From: a virus
Taxonomy: Duplodnaviria; Caudoviricetes
Length of the DNA stretch: 31,637 nt
Reading direction: 5' to 3' (one strand)
Virus record (IMG/VR): IMGVR_UViG_3300016722_000001
Location: 1 to 31,637 of that record
The notes beneath the pieces were generated by a model. The model saw only the letters and a list, made by a program, of their open reading frames with translations, was not told where the DNA came from and did not search any database. The position numbers were made by a program, and so were the translations under genes. This document shows, in pieces, positions 1-7,146 of this stretch (positions are counted from its first letter, which is position 1; every line of letters starts with the position of its first letter).

Positions 1-127
1 CTCCTTCTTAAAGAAGATGGTTTTCTCGTAGCCATCGTCTAGGATTATCGTGGCGATCGCCTTGAAGTCCGGTTTTTGGCCGTCACCGACGAACGACAAT
101 TTGTCGCCCTCCCCGATTTCGTCGAAG
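1..127. repeat. Terminal overlap, copy 1 (identical to 31511-31637); circular assembly
   Basis: First 127 nt match the last 127 nt base for base; an ORF reads through the join. Confidence 0.97.
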
Positions 128-459
128 TCGGTTCCGTTTTCCTCGGCATCGCCCGCATTGATCTTCACGTAGCCGTCGTCAACAGTTTCACCGTTGCACC
201 AATCGACGTAGATCTTCGAGGTCTTCCCGGTCGGTTCGGCTGGGTAAAGAAACTCGGTATTGGTGCTGACGCCGGCGGCGCCGGGGAAGGCGCACCCGTC
301 AAGCCTTCCACCGCTGATGACCGCCTTATAGGCTTCGTATGGTAACTTGGGAACCTTAACAAGCCCGGCGGTTTTGCAATGGAACCTGACGATCGTCTTG
401 TCCCCGAACTTGATATAGATTTCGCTCAGCTTGGTCTCATCTTGCTTTTTTTGGGTCAT
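1..459 (-). CDS. Hypothetical protein, 5' part of a 181-aa gene spanning the circular join (ends at 31424)
   Basis: ATG at 459 after a GAAGGGAGGGG RBS; MTQKKQDETKLSEIYIKFG... is open to base 1 and joins the 31424-31609 frame (LSFVGDGQKPDFK...KEGK*). Confidence 0.85.
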   Translation of the reverse strand, partial: MTQKKQDETKLSEIYIKFGDKTIVRFHCKTAGLVKVPKLPYEAYKAVISGGRLDGCAFPGAAGVSTNTEFLYPAEPTGKTSKIYVDWCNGETVDDGYVKINAGDAEENGTDFDEIGEGDKLSFVGDGQKPDFKAIATIILDDGYEKTIFFKKE

Positions 460-473
460 TTTCCCCTCCCTTC
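435..473. repeat. 39-40 bp gene-start repeat, copy A (copy B at 7806-7845)
   Basis: TCTCATCTTGCTTTTTTTGGGTCATTTTCCCC(C)TCCCTTC in both places; covers the RBS and MTQKKQDE codons. Confidence 0.92.
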
Positions 474-483
474 TTCTGAAATT

Positions 484-921
484 TTAATTCTTTGTCGTTT
501 TTGCTTCGTTCAAAACCTCGATTTTGGCTTCTTCAAGCCGCTCCTCGTATTTGGCCTTGAATTCCGAAGCGAAATAATCCTTGATCGCACCAAAGGCGTT
601 GGTGTTCAAAAGATATTTATAATCTCTAGAGATCAAATCGGTATCAATGGCCTTGTTCCATTGTTCAAGACTAAGGAAATTCATTTTTCCATCTCCGTCT
701 TTTACCCTTATGGTTGGCCAATAACCGGAATATCGATAGAATATATTCTCGAAAGCCTCTTTTCTTCCGATCAAGACAATCTCATTATCGATTTGAATAT
801 TGCGGTTTTTCTCATCGGTTAAAGCGGGTTTGCCATCTTTAAACTGTTGAATTTGTCTTTTTAATTCCTCGTTTTCGTCATAAATCCGAACAATTTCGTT
901 AATCATTTGCGTTTTGTTCAT
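484..921 (-). CDS. Hypothetical protein with N-terminal coiled coil (145 aa)
   Basis: AAAGGA RBS, co-oriented with neighbours; no family recognised. Confidence 0.8.
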   Translation of the reverse strand: MNKTQMINEIVRIYDENEELKRQIQQFKDGKPALTDEKNRNIQIDNEIVLIGRKEAFENIFYRYSGYWPTIRVKDGDGKMNFLSLEQWNKAIDTDLISRDYKYLLNTNAFGAIKDYFASEFKAKYEERLEEAKIEVLNEAKTTKN

Positions 922-936
922 TTTGTTTTTCCTTTT

Positions 937-1161
937 TTAATAGGCCTCTTCAACATTTCGTCTTATTTCATAAGCGTAAGAATTTCGTATTTTGTTCATG
1001 CAGTTTTCAGGCGTTCGAGCGGCGGTGTCGCCGACGTGATAATAGACAAAGTAATCTTGCTCCTCCCCGTCTTTTTTGTCGCAAACGCGCTTGACTATAC
1101 CGATTTCGTAACTATCGCCATTCTTATAAATAATGGCTTCCCCGACTTCAAATTTTGGCAT
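937..1161 (-). CDS. Hypothetical small protein, SH3/KOW-like start (74 aa)
   Basis: MPKFEVGEAIIY beta-rich pattern; ATG directly follows the previous stop, with an AAGGAGG RBS. Confidence 0.8.
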   Translation of the reverse strand: MPKFEVGEAIIYKNGDSYEIGIVKRVCDKKDGEEQDYFVYYHVGDTAARTPENCMNKIRNSYAYEIRRNVEEAY

Positions 1162-1842
1162 TTACTTGCCCTCCTTAGGCATTGCCTTTTTCAGCTCTTT
1201 GATGTTCCCCGACCCGTAATCGTTCTCGCACAAGGCGATGAACTCCTCTGGCGTGAACGTCGACTTGACCGACAAACCCTTCATCTTCACGAACTCGTTT
1301 CGGCCAGCCAAGCACGAACCGGTGATGATGTGGTGCCAGTCGAAGAAATCGGAACCGAGGTATTTCTTTCCGGGAACGAATTTCTTCCAGAACTCGGCAA
1401 TCCTTTCGGACAACGGGCGGTTTTCCTCGTATTTGGCCTTGGCGTCCGCCATAGCCTCTTTCAGCGTTTCGCCATGTGCGAGGAAGCCCCCGCATTTCGC
1501 AAGATACATGGATTTGGTCGAAAGCGCCTCGACCACGCCTACTTTGGCGTAGTCGCGGAAGATGGAGAAAAAAACGCATGGCAGGCCGTCGATGGCGAAG
1601 ACCTTGCGCCCGTCGATATACGATGGGGCGCCAGAGCCATAGCCACGGCCATCGCCATAGCCATAGCCATAGCCATAGCCACGGCCATAGCCACAGCCAC
1701 GGCCATAGCCATAGCCATAGCCATCGCCATAGCCATAGCCATAGCCATAGCCACGGCCAGAGCCAGAGCCATTGCCATTGCCACGGCCAGAGCCATTCTT
1801 TTTGGCGAGGAAGGCTTCCGCCTTTTTCGTTAGATTTTCCAT
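1162..1842 (-). CDS. Gly-Tyr repeat phage protein (226 aa, start MENLTKK)
   Basis: About 55-aa (GY/GR/GD/GS)n tract, then a globular C-terminal domain ([26 protein letters not shown]). Confidence 0.85.
   Translation of the reverse strand: MENLTKKAEAFLAKKNGSGRGNGNGSGSGRGYGYGYGYGDGYGYGYGRGCGYGRGYGYGYGYGDGRGYGSGAPSYIDGRKVFAIDGLPCVFFSIFRDYAKVGVVEALSTKSMYLAKCGGFLAHGETLKEAMADAKAKYEENRPLSERIAEFWKKFVPGKKYLGSDFFDWHHIITGSCLAGRNEFVKMKGLSVKSTFTPEEFIALCENDYGSGNIKELKKAMPKEGK
1210..1313. repeat. 104-bp direct repeat, copy 1 (copy 2 at 31301-31404)
   Basis: 103/104 identical; single mismatch 1306 A vs 31397 G. Confidence 0.95.
1630..1797. repeat. Hexamer tandem repeat (GCCATA/GCCACG/GCCAGA variants) encoding Gly-X
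   Basis: Directly visible 6-nt periodicity. Confidence 0.95.
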
Positions 1843-2258
1843 TCCTTCGCCCCTTTTAGGCAGGCCTCGGCCTTCGGCGAGCAAGAGACGATTTGGATGG
1901 CGTCCGTCACGATGACATCGGCGGATTGCGTGATTTGGCTGTTTTCGTTAACTCCGTCCTTGGCGATTTGCATGACGTTTTTCGCGCCGTCCCAGTACCA
2001 AATCTGGCGGGCTTCCTTGATTTTCGCGGTCTGGCCCTTCAGGCTCTCGACCTTGCCGAAGAAGACGCCGGAGTTCGTGCAACGAATAATAGAGTAGGCG
2101 GATTCATTTGTTTCCTTGGCGTTCTCGATTGCGCATTTTGACCCGGCAATCTTATTGGTGATGGCCTCTCGGACGAAAGCGGATCTGTTCTCCGTCTTGC
2201 CTAAAAACTCGGCGGTCTCGTCGTCAACGCGTAAAATCACTCTGCTTTTTTTCATCAT
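1830..2258 (-). CDS. Ribbon-helix-helix domain fused to a DUF6948-like (Sm-like) domain (142 aa, start MMKKSRV)
   Basis: N-term [13 protein letters not shown]...[10 protein letters not shown] fits RHH; C-term [12 protein letters not shown]...[11 protein letters not shown] matches the phage family usually found upstream of Gly-repeat genes. Confidence 0.75.
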   Translation of the reverse strand: MMKKSRVILRVDDETAEFLGKTENRSAFVREAITNKIAGSKCAIENAKETNESAYSIIRCTNSGVFFGKVESLKGQTAKIKEARQIWYWDGAKNVMQIAKDGVNENSQITQSADVIVTDAIQIVSCSPKAEACLKGAKEWKI

Positions 2259-2259
2259 T

Positions 2260-2308
2260 TGTCCCCCTTTGGACACGTCTATTTTAGCACTCGTATGACA
2301 AAACGCAA
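2260..2308 (-). promoter_or_regulatory. Leftward sigma-A-type promoter with inverted repeat over the RBS
   Basis: TTGCGT-N16-TAAAAT with TG extension; TGTCC/GGACA at 2260-2264 and 2271-2275; twin element at 8109-8160. Confidence 0.75.
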
Positions 2309-2318
2309 GGGGGAAATG

Positions 2319-2344
2319 AAAAAGACCAGGTTTCCCTAGCCTTT
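2319..2344 (-). terminator. Intrinsic terminator
   Basis: Minus strand AAAGGCTAGG-GAAA-CCTGGTCTTTTT: stem with G-U pairs, GNRA loop and U tract. Confidence 0.75.
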
Positions 2345-2495
2345 CTTTTCCCAAACCCTTTTTCGCGCTTGGTGCCTTTTCTCGTATTCCAAGTATCTTT
2401 CGCAAGTTGAGTGGCAATCGCACTTCCTGTCTGGGCAACTTTGGGAGCACGGGTGTTTGTCGGTGAAATCCGTGAAAAGGAAAACCGTGGTCGCC

Positions 2496-2888
2496 TTACT
2501 TGCTTTTGCCATGACCGATTTTGTCCATGATGGCTTTCGTGCCCATCGTCAAAGCTATGCACAAAGGCATGAAAGGCGTGAACGGCCCCAGCCAAAACGC
2601 TTCGCAGGTTCCGGCTACCGCCAGCATTGAGGCCCTCATGGAGGGAACGAGCCACGCGATTAGCAACGGAACCCAGACCTCGCAGCCCAAGATCGCGGCC
2701 CAAGCGACGAAAATCAAAATCAATCGCCAATCGTGGCAAGCCATCCAAAGCCATTTGAAAGGCCATTTCATCAATAGGGCAACCCAAGCCCAAAACCTCT
2801 CGGATTTGGTTTTTTTGGTGAGTTTTATCCTCTCTTTCTCGATCTTTAGCGAGGATTGGTATTGGCTGTATGCCTCTTTCGCGTTCAT
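2496..2888 (-). CDS. Trp-rich membrane protein (130 aa, 2-3 TM)
   Basis: Basic N-terminus, then hydrophobic segments such as LILIFVAWAAILGCEVWVPLLIAWLV. Confidence 0.8.
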   Translation of the reverse strand: MNAKEAYSQYQSSLKIEKERIKLTKKTKSERFWAWVALLMKWPFKWLWMACHDWRLILIFVAWAAILGCEVWVPLLIAWLVPSMRASMLAVAGTCEAFWLGPFTPFMPLCIALTMGTKAIMDKIGHGKSK

Positions 2889-3262
2889 TACTTGATTTTA
2901 CCTTCTTTCAGTCCGTTAGCCAAATCGTCCATGCTTCCGATCTCGATTGACGGAATCTCCTTTTTGAAGTTCGCGTGGAACTCTTTTAGGAAAAGTTCCC
3001 TTGGGTAATACCTTTCAAACGCCTCTTGCGCCACGGATTTAAGTTTGTCCGTCATTTCCCTCGATTTGCCGCCGAAGTGGAGTTCGTCGTGGCATTTTTG
3101 GCAAAGGAAGACGTATAGGCCATATTTGGTTGATTTGTCCCTAAGCGAGTTTCCGAACACGTGGTGGATTTGCAAATTGTTTTTAGATGAGCAAAAGAAG
3201 CACTTGGGCTCCTTGGAGATAATCGAGTTGAGGTTGCCGAAATAATCGAAATAGGGTTTCAT
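2888..3262 (-). CDS. HNH-like zinc-binding protein (124 aa)
   Basis: CFFC...LQIHHVFG...VFLCQKCH motif. Confidence 0.8.
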   Translation of the reverse strand: MKPYFDYFGNLNSIISKEPKCFFCSSKNNLQIHHVFGNSLRDKSTKYGLYVFLCQKCHDELHFGGKSREMTDKLKSVAQEAFERYYPRELFLKEFHANFKKEIPSIEIGSMDDLANGLKEGKIK

Positions 3263-3393
3263 TTCTTCTCCCTTCTCATTCCGTCCAGTATCAGCAGCCT
3301 AACGCCCAAAGAGGCATTGGGCGAGTGCGCAAGAAGCCAAAGATATTCGGCTTCGGTCAAACGGACGTTGATGGATTTCGTTCTTTTCTCCAT
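3259..3393 (-). CDS. Small ribbon-helix-helix-like protein (44 aa; not in ORF track)
   Basis: MEKRTKSINVRLTEAEYLWLLAHSPNASLGVRLLILDGMRREKK; ATGA overlap with the next gene. Confidence 0.7.
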   Translation of the reverse strand: MEKRTKSINVRLTEAEYLWLLAHSPNASLGVRLLILDGMRREKK

Positions 3394-3395
3394 AA

Positions 3396-3965
3396 TCAAA
3401 ACAAACTAAGTTGCTCCCAGCCGACTTTTTTGTAACCCAATCCCTCGACCAATTCGCAAAGCATTTTCGCCAATCTTTCCTCTGAAAGGTCTTTATAGGT
3501 ATAGATGCAACCTTGCCCACGCTGTTCTTTGTTATCCCAAAAATCGATTGCGCAGCCGCACGGTATCCCTTTAAACGCGCAGCCTTTGGCGAAATAAGCG
3601 TCTTCCACCGAAAATCGCAAATAGGCGCTTTTGTTGGAATAGACATAATTGCCGTTTTCGACTTTCGGGTCTCCATAAGGTTTCAGAATTTCCAGCGCCA
3701 TCCTGGAAGCGAGGTTTTTGTGCGCGGAATCTATCGGGGGCTCATCCTCGCTTAAACCGCTTTCGTTCATCGCGGCCTCTTGCCAGCCCTTCATCGCGGG
3801 GGCGTTTGTCCAAGAGGTTTCGTTGGAAACCTTGCCACGAACTTGATAGGCCAAGCCATCGGGACAGTCCTTGCCTTTGTTGGCCACCGTGGAAACGACA
3901 ACATAGGCTTGCGAGTTATCCCAATCGACTTTAACGATGTCGCCCACCTTGAACAAAGGGTTCAT
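3396..3965 (-). CDS. Hypothetical protein (189 aa), SH3-like start and EQLSLF C-terminus
   Basis: FKVGDIVKV start; AAGGAG RBS; C-terminal QLSLF resembles a beta-clamp-binding motif. Confidence 0.8.
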   Translation of the reverse strand: MNPLFKVGDIVKVDWDNSQAYVVVSTVANKGKDCPDGLAYQVRGKVSNETSWTNAPAMKGWQEAAMNESGLSEDEPPIDSAHKNLASRMALEILKPYGDPKVENGNYVYSNKSAYLRFSVEDAYFAKGCAFKGIPCGCAIDFWDNKEQRGQGCIYTYKDLSEERLAKMLCELVEGLGYKKVGWEQLSLF

Positions 3966-4126
3966 ATTTTCCGCTCCTTTACCATTCTTTCGTAGTGCCT
4001 CTTCAAATCCTTCGCGTGCTTCCAGTTGCCCAAGCGGTACGCTTGCCTTATCTCGGAAAGCATGACCTCCCTTCGCGTTGGCTCCTTATGCTCGCCGAAA
4101 CTCGCGCGGTTAACGATGCTGCCCAC
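3962..4126 (-). CDS. Small hypothetical protein (about 54 aa; start uncertain)
   Basis: Fills the gap between neighbours; ends ...HYERMVKERKI* with an ATGA overlap. Confidence 0.55.
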   Translation of the reverse strand: MGSIVNRASFGEHKEPTRREVMLSEIRQAYRLGNWKHAKDLKRHYERMVKERKI

Positions 4127-4616
4127 AATCGCCGCCTTTCACGAAAACAATCCAAAATGTCTTTTCTTTTTTTGGAAGCCTCGTTCCAAACAAAGGCTTA
4201 TCGGGAAAGCAATCCTTGAAATCTGAAATAGACACCGAGCAGTCGCTCCATTTGAAGATCAGCACACCAAAAGACGGGTCAAGGATCCTCCAACATTCAA
4301 AGAAAGCGCAACGCATGAATTCGTGCCAATTCGGAGGAAGCGTGGAATAGGCCTTTTTCATATATGAATCTTTGGCGAGTTTGTCAATGTGGGGTGGGTC
4401 AAAGACCACCATCTTGAAACTTCCGTTTTTGAAAGGAAGGTTATTAACGTCCATTTTCATATCGGGCCTAATGTTAATGTGCCGATGCTTCCCACTGGAA
4501 AAGAAATCAAAACTCTCCTCACGAAGATCTCCGAACAAAACCTTCTTGGTATATTTATCGAAATAGAACATCCTACCTCCGCAACACGGGTCAAGAATCA
4601 ACGCGTTATCTTTCAT
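4110..4616 (-). CDS. SAM-dependent (probably DNA amino-) methyltransferase (168 aa)
   Basis: ILDPCCGGRMFYFDK SAM-binding motif and VVFDPPH catalytic motif. Confidence 0.85.
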   Translation of the reverse strand: MKDNALILDPCCGGRMFYFDKYTKKVLFGDLREESFDFFSSGKHRHINIRPDMKMDVNNLPFKNGSFKMVVFDPPHIDKLAKDSYMKKAYSTLPPNWHEFMRCAFFECWRILDPSFGVLIFKWSDCSVSISDFKDCFPDKPLFGTRLPKKEKTFWIVFVKGGDCGQHR

Positions 4617-4825
4617 CTTTTTGCCCCCTTTGTCATTTCGTGCCGTCTCTTGAACTCTTCCCTAATCGGCTTCATATAGTCTTGGCAAGCCTCGAAGTTC
4701 TTGTCGAACCTGTCCATGTCACGGCGGGCGAGTTCGCAAAGGTGTTCTGGCGCTCCGTGGGGGAATCGAACCCCCGTTGCGCTCTTATAAGGGGCGGGCT
4801 TTGCCGTTAAGCGAACGGAGCTCAT
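4613..4825 (-). CDS. Hypothetical protein (70 aa) overlapping the tRNA; paralog of 7339-7503
   Basis: ATGA overlaps at both ends; C-terminal RDMDRFDKNFEACQDYMKPIREEFKRRHE is 21/29 identical to the 7339-7503 product. Confidence 0.55.
   Translation of the reverse strand: MSSVRLTAKPAPYKSATGVRFPHGAPEHLCELARRDMDRFDKNFEACQDYMKPIREEFKRRHEMTKGAKR
4748..4821 (-). tRNA. tRNA with UAU anticodon (nominally Ile, reading AUA), CCA encoded
   Basis: GCTCCGT/ACGGAGC acceptor; D arm GCTT-AACGGCA-AAGC; anticodon arm CGCCC-CTTATAA-GAGCG (one C.A mismatch); T arm GGGGG-TTCGATT-CCCCC; ends G-CCA. Confidence 0.88.
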
Positions 4826-4974
4826 TCGGCCGTCTCCCAATATTTTGCCAACTCGCAAGCGGTGTCATATCCGTGGTGGGGTTCCTTGGCTTTCTTCTTA
4901 TGGCAGCAATATCCATCGTAGGCGTTGTAGAAATAGCAATCGTTGCAATCCTCGCATTTGGTTTCCTTCTTCAT
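4822..4974 (-). CDS. Cys/His-rich small protein (50 aa, start MKKETKCEDC)
   Basis: CEDCNDC...YCCH...TAC pattern; AGGAGG upstream; ATGA overlap. Confidence 0.7.
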   Translation of the reverse strand: MKKETKCEDCNDCYFYNAYDGYCCHKKKAKEPHHGYDTACELAKYWETAE

Positions 4975-5759
4975 TCCTCGTCCTCCTTTGTTTCTTTTAT
5001 AAGTTTGTCCACTATCTCCTCGACCGTCAAATCGGGGGAAGAAAGATAGTTGTCCACGGCTTTGATGAACCACGGAACCTTATGCCTCACGTCTTTGGTT
5101 AAGCGTTCGGCTACATAGGCAACGCAATCGCAGGTTCTCTTGTCGACTTTCAGCCCTTTCAGATAATCGTTCAGTTTGGGGAAATCGGAATCCGTCTCCT
5201 CGATGAATCCCTTTTTGATTAAGGCTTGGGCCAAAAAGCATATTCTTTCTCCTCTATCTTCGTATACGTCTTTCTCTTCTTCTAGTTCTACGTTCTCGTT
5301 CTTATTCTTACTTCTATCGCGTGACGTCACGTGACAGTCACGTGACAGTAACGTTACGGCCTCCCTATGCTTCCTTTGCCTTTCGGCGTTAAGTTGGCGT
5401 ATTTTCTCGATTCTGTCGGTTAGTTGGAACTTGTCGAAATTCAAAATCACGAAACCGTTGTCGGTCATCTCGCCCATCTTTTGGCCTACGTAGAAGTCCA
5501 AACACATCTTGACCTCGTTTTCCGTCCTGTCGGTCATCACGGCGATTTCGGGAACCCTTCCGTAAGATACGCTTTCGTTCCACAACGCCCCGTGGTTGTT
5601 GCATTTGCCAGCAAGACCGAGGAGCTCGAACCAAACGGCCTCGAGCTTGTCCCTCAAATCGGCTATGCCGTCCACCTTGGCTTTTCGCATGAACTTGAAC
5701 GAAGCGCCATCAAGGAAGTTAGTAAATAGGCGCAGCCACTCCAAACCTTCGCTTTCCAT
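4971..5759 (-). CDS. Phage replisome organizer / replication initiator (262 aa)
   Basis: N-term WLRLFTNFLD...VWFELLGLAGKCN, then ERQRKHRE, a low-complexity linker and a helical C-terminal domain. Confidence 0.85.
   Translation of the reverse strand: MESEGLEWLRLFTNFLDGASFKFMRKAKVDGIADLRDKLEAVWFELLGLAGKCNNHGALWNESVSYGRVPEIAVMTDRTENEVKMCLDFYVGQKMGEMTDNGFVILNFDKFQLTDRIEKIRQLNAERQRKHREAVTLLSRDCHVTSRDRSKNKNENVELEEEKDVYEDRGERICFLAQALIKKGFIEETDSDFPKLNDYLKGLKVDKRTCDCVAYVAERLTKDVRHKVPWFIKAVDNYLSSPDLTVEEIVDKLIKETKEDEE
5316..5357. promoter_or_regulatory. Putative replication origin: palindrome/iteron array within the initiator gene
   Basis: GTGACGTCAC (5321), GTCACGTGAC (5326, 5337) and GTAACGTTAC (5348), next to a pyrimidine-skewed tract at about 5240-5316. 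Confidence 0.65.
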
Positions 5760-5768
5760 TTTTCCTCC

Positions 5769-6554
5769 TTAGAACGGCATGTTGTCGTCGCTGATCGGCT
5801 TGTCGGCCTTGAACTTCGCGGCCTTGATCGCGCCAATCGTGGCCAAAATCTGGTTGATGTCCGTCAAGTCGTTCGGCCCTTTGCCGAATTTTCTCTTGCA
5901 CCAGTCCAGCAAACCGATTGTCTGCGCGGGGTCGAGTTCCCTCATCATCTTCATCATCTCGTCGTAAATCGGCTGGGCGTTCCCCGTCATTGGCTTTGGG
6001 GTTTCCGCTTCGGCTTTTGGTTTCGGGTCAACGCTTGGAATCGTTTGTGGTTTTGTGGCTTGGGGGGCATCGTTTTGCGGTTTATCATCGCCCTCTGTTG
6101 GCAAATCCTCCCCGGCGTAGAGTTTCAAGCCGATGCCGAATCTAGCGATGGCTTTCACCAATGCCCGTTGAATTGCCTTAACCGCATCAAAGGTGGTGAT
6201 GCCCTCCGCCGTCTTTTCCTCTCCGTATTTGTTTTTGAATTTATAAGTCACCAAAGGAATGGAGGCATTGGCCCTCGTGTCGTCCATTACCGCGAGATAT
6301 TCTATGACCTCTTTTCCGAACATGGTGACCGAAACCTTCACCCATGCGGTGGTTCCGTCGTCCCAATAAATCCTTCCGTCCGGCCTTTCGTAAACTTTGT
6401 AATTCGCATTCGGGTCCTCTTCGATCAACGTTGCCCAGGCGTAAGCCCATGAAAGATAAGAAAGGAAAAGACCCTTTCCGCAATCCTTCTTCTCGACGTG
6501 GCCCTCGACCGGCATTTCGTACAATTCCTTAAAAGTCTTATTTTTGGTTTCCAT
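5769..6554 (-). CDS. sak: Sak-like (DUF1071, Rad52 superfamily) single-strand annealing protein (261 aa)
   Basis: LSYLSWAYAW...VKVSVT...EYLAVMD...KAIQRALVKAIARFGIGLKLYAGEDLP motifs. Confidence 0.88.
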   Translation of the reverse strand: METKNKTFKELYEMPVEGHVEKKDCGKGLFLSYLSWAYAWATLIEEDPNANYKVYERPDGRIYWDDGTTAWVKVSVTMFGKEVIEYLAVMDDTRANASIPLVTYKFKNKYGEEKTAEGITTFDAVKAIQRALVKAIARFGIGLKLYAGEDLPTEGDDKPQNDAPQATKPQTIPSVDPKPKAEAETPKPMTGNAQPIYDEMMKMMRELDPAQTIGLLDWCKRKFGKGPNDLTDINQILATIGAIKAAKFKADKPISDDNMPF

Positions 6555-7146
6555 CGTAGATTTCCTCCTTTTGGAACTTAATGAGATTCTCTTTCAGAAA
6601 CTTCTCGGCTCGCTCGATGTCTTTCTTCCCCATGATGGTGAATATTGCCACCGCGTTCGGGTTGTCGGGTTCCTCTTTCTTCCCGAACTCGGCTAACTTT
6701 GCTATCATCGCCGAACGGGTTTGCTCCTTCGTGAGATTGTACCAACTCGGCTCGTAGAACCTTTCCCAATCGGGGACGTTCCCGTCTTGCGAGAGTTTCA
6801 CCAACTCGATGAAGTCGTTGTAAGCCTCTTCCTTGGCTTTCTCCTTTTTCGCGTTCAGAACCTCGGTTTGCTCGGCTTTAAAAAGCTCCTCATAGGCGTT
6901 CACGGCCTCGGTCGCCGGGGCAAGCGCCTCAACGAATGGCTTTAGAAATTGCTTCTGGGCCTCTAGGAGGGCGTTCTTGCCCGCCTTGAGTATTTTATTA
7001 TGCTCGGTAACTTTGGCGGCGCAGAGGGCGCTATTGGAAGCCGTGGGCTTCATCAAGCCTATCGACTTCTTAGCTTCCTCGAACCGCGAGGCGAACTTGT
7101 CCACTCCCAAAATCTCGCCATCGACGACTAATGTTAATTCGTTCAT
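6538..7146 (-). CDS. Coiled-coil protein, DUF1351-like (202 aa)
   Basis: MNELTLVV start, helical, KQFLKPF motif; typical position upstream of an annealase. Confidence 0.6.
   Translation of the reverse strand: MNELTLVVDGEILGVDKFASRFEEAKKSIGLMKPTASNSALCAAKVTEHNKILKAGKNALLEAQKQFLKPFVEALAPATEAVNAYEELFKAEQTEVLNAKKEKAKEEAYNDFIELVKLSQDGNVPDWERFYEPSWYNLTKEQTRSAMIAKLAEFGKKEEPDNPNAVAIFTIMGKKDIERAEKFLKENLIKFQKEEIYDGNQK

Noticed and set aside
1-127. Biological direct terminal repeat
   Set aside because: Exactly 127 nt, a common assembler k-mer, and it falls mid-gene; best read as a circular assembly overlap.
1162-1313. DGR template/variable repeat pair with 31253-31404
   Set aside because: Mismatches are not adenine-specific and no reverse transcriptase is present.
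1630-1797. CRISPR array
   Set aside because: 6-nt coding tandem repeat without spacers; no repeat-spacer pattern was seen anywhere in the window.
907-1859. Alternative-frame ORFs with AIAIA, HSHGH or AMAMA repeats
   Set aside because: Shadow frames of the hexamer repeat; only the Gly-Tyr frame fits the operon strand and has a globular domain.
4690-4747. Theta/HDV-like ribozyme after the tRNA 3' end
   Set aside because: I could not build the nested double pseudoknot, and the sequence is explained by protein paralogy with 7339-7503.
4748-4790. attP formed by the tRNA 3' half
   Set aside because: The tRNA is full length and no integrase is recognisable.
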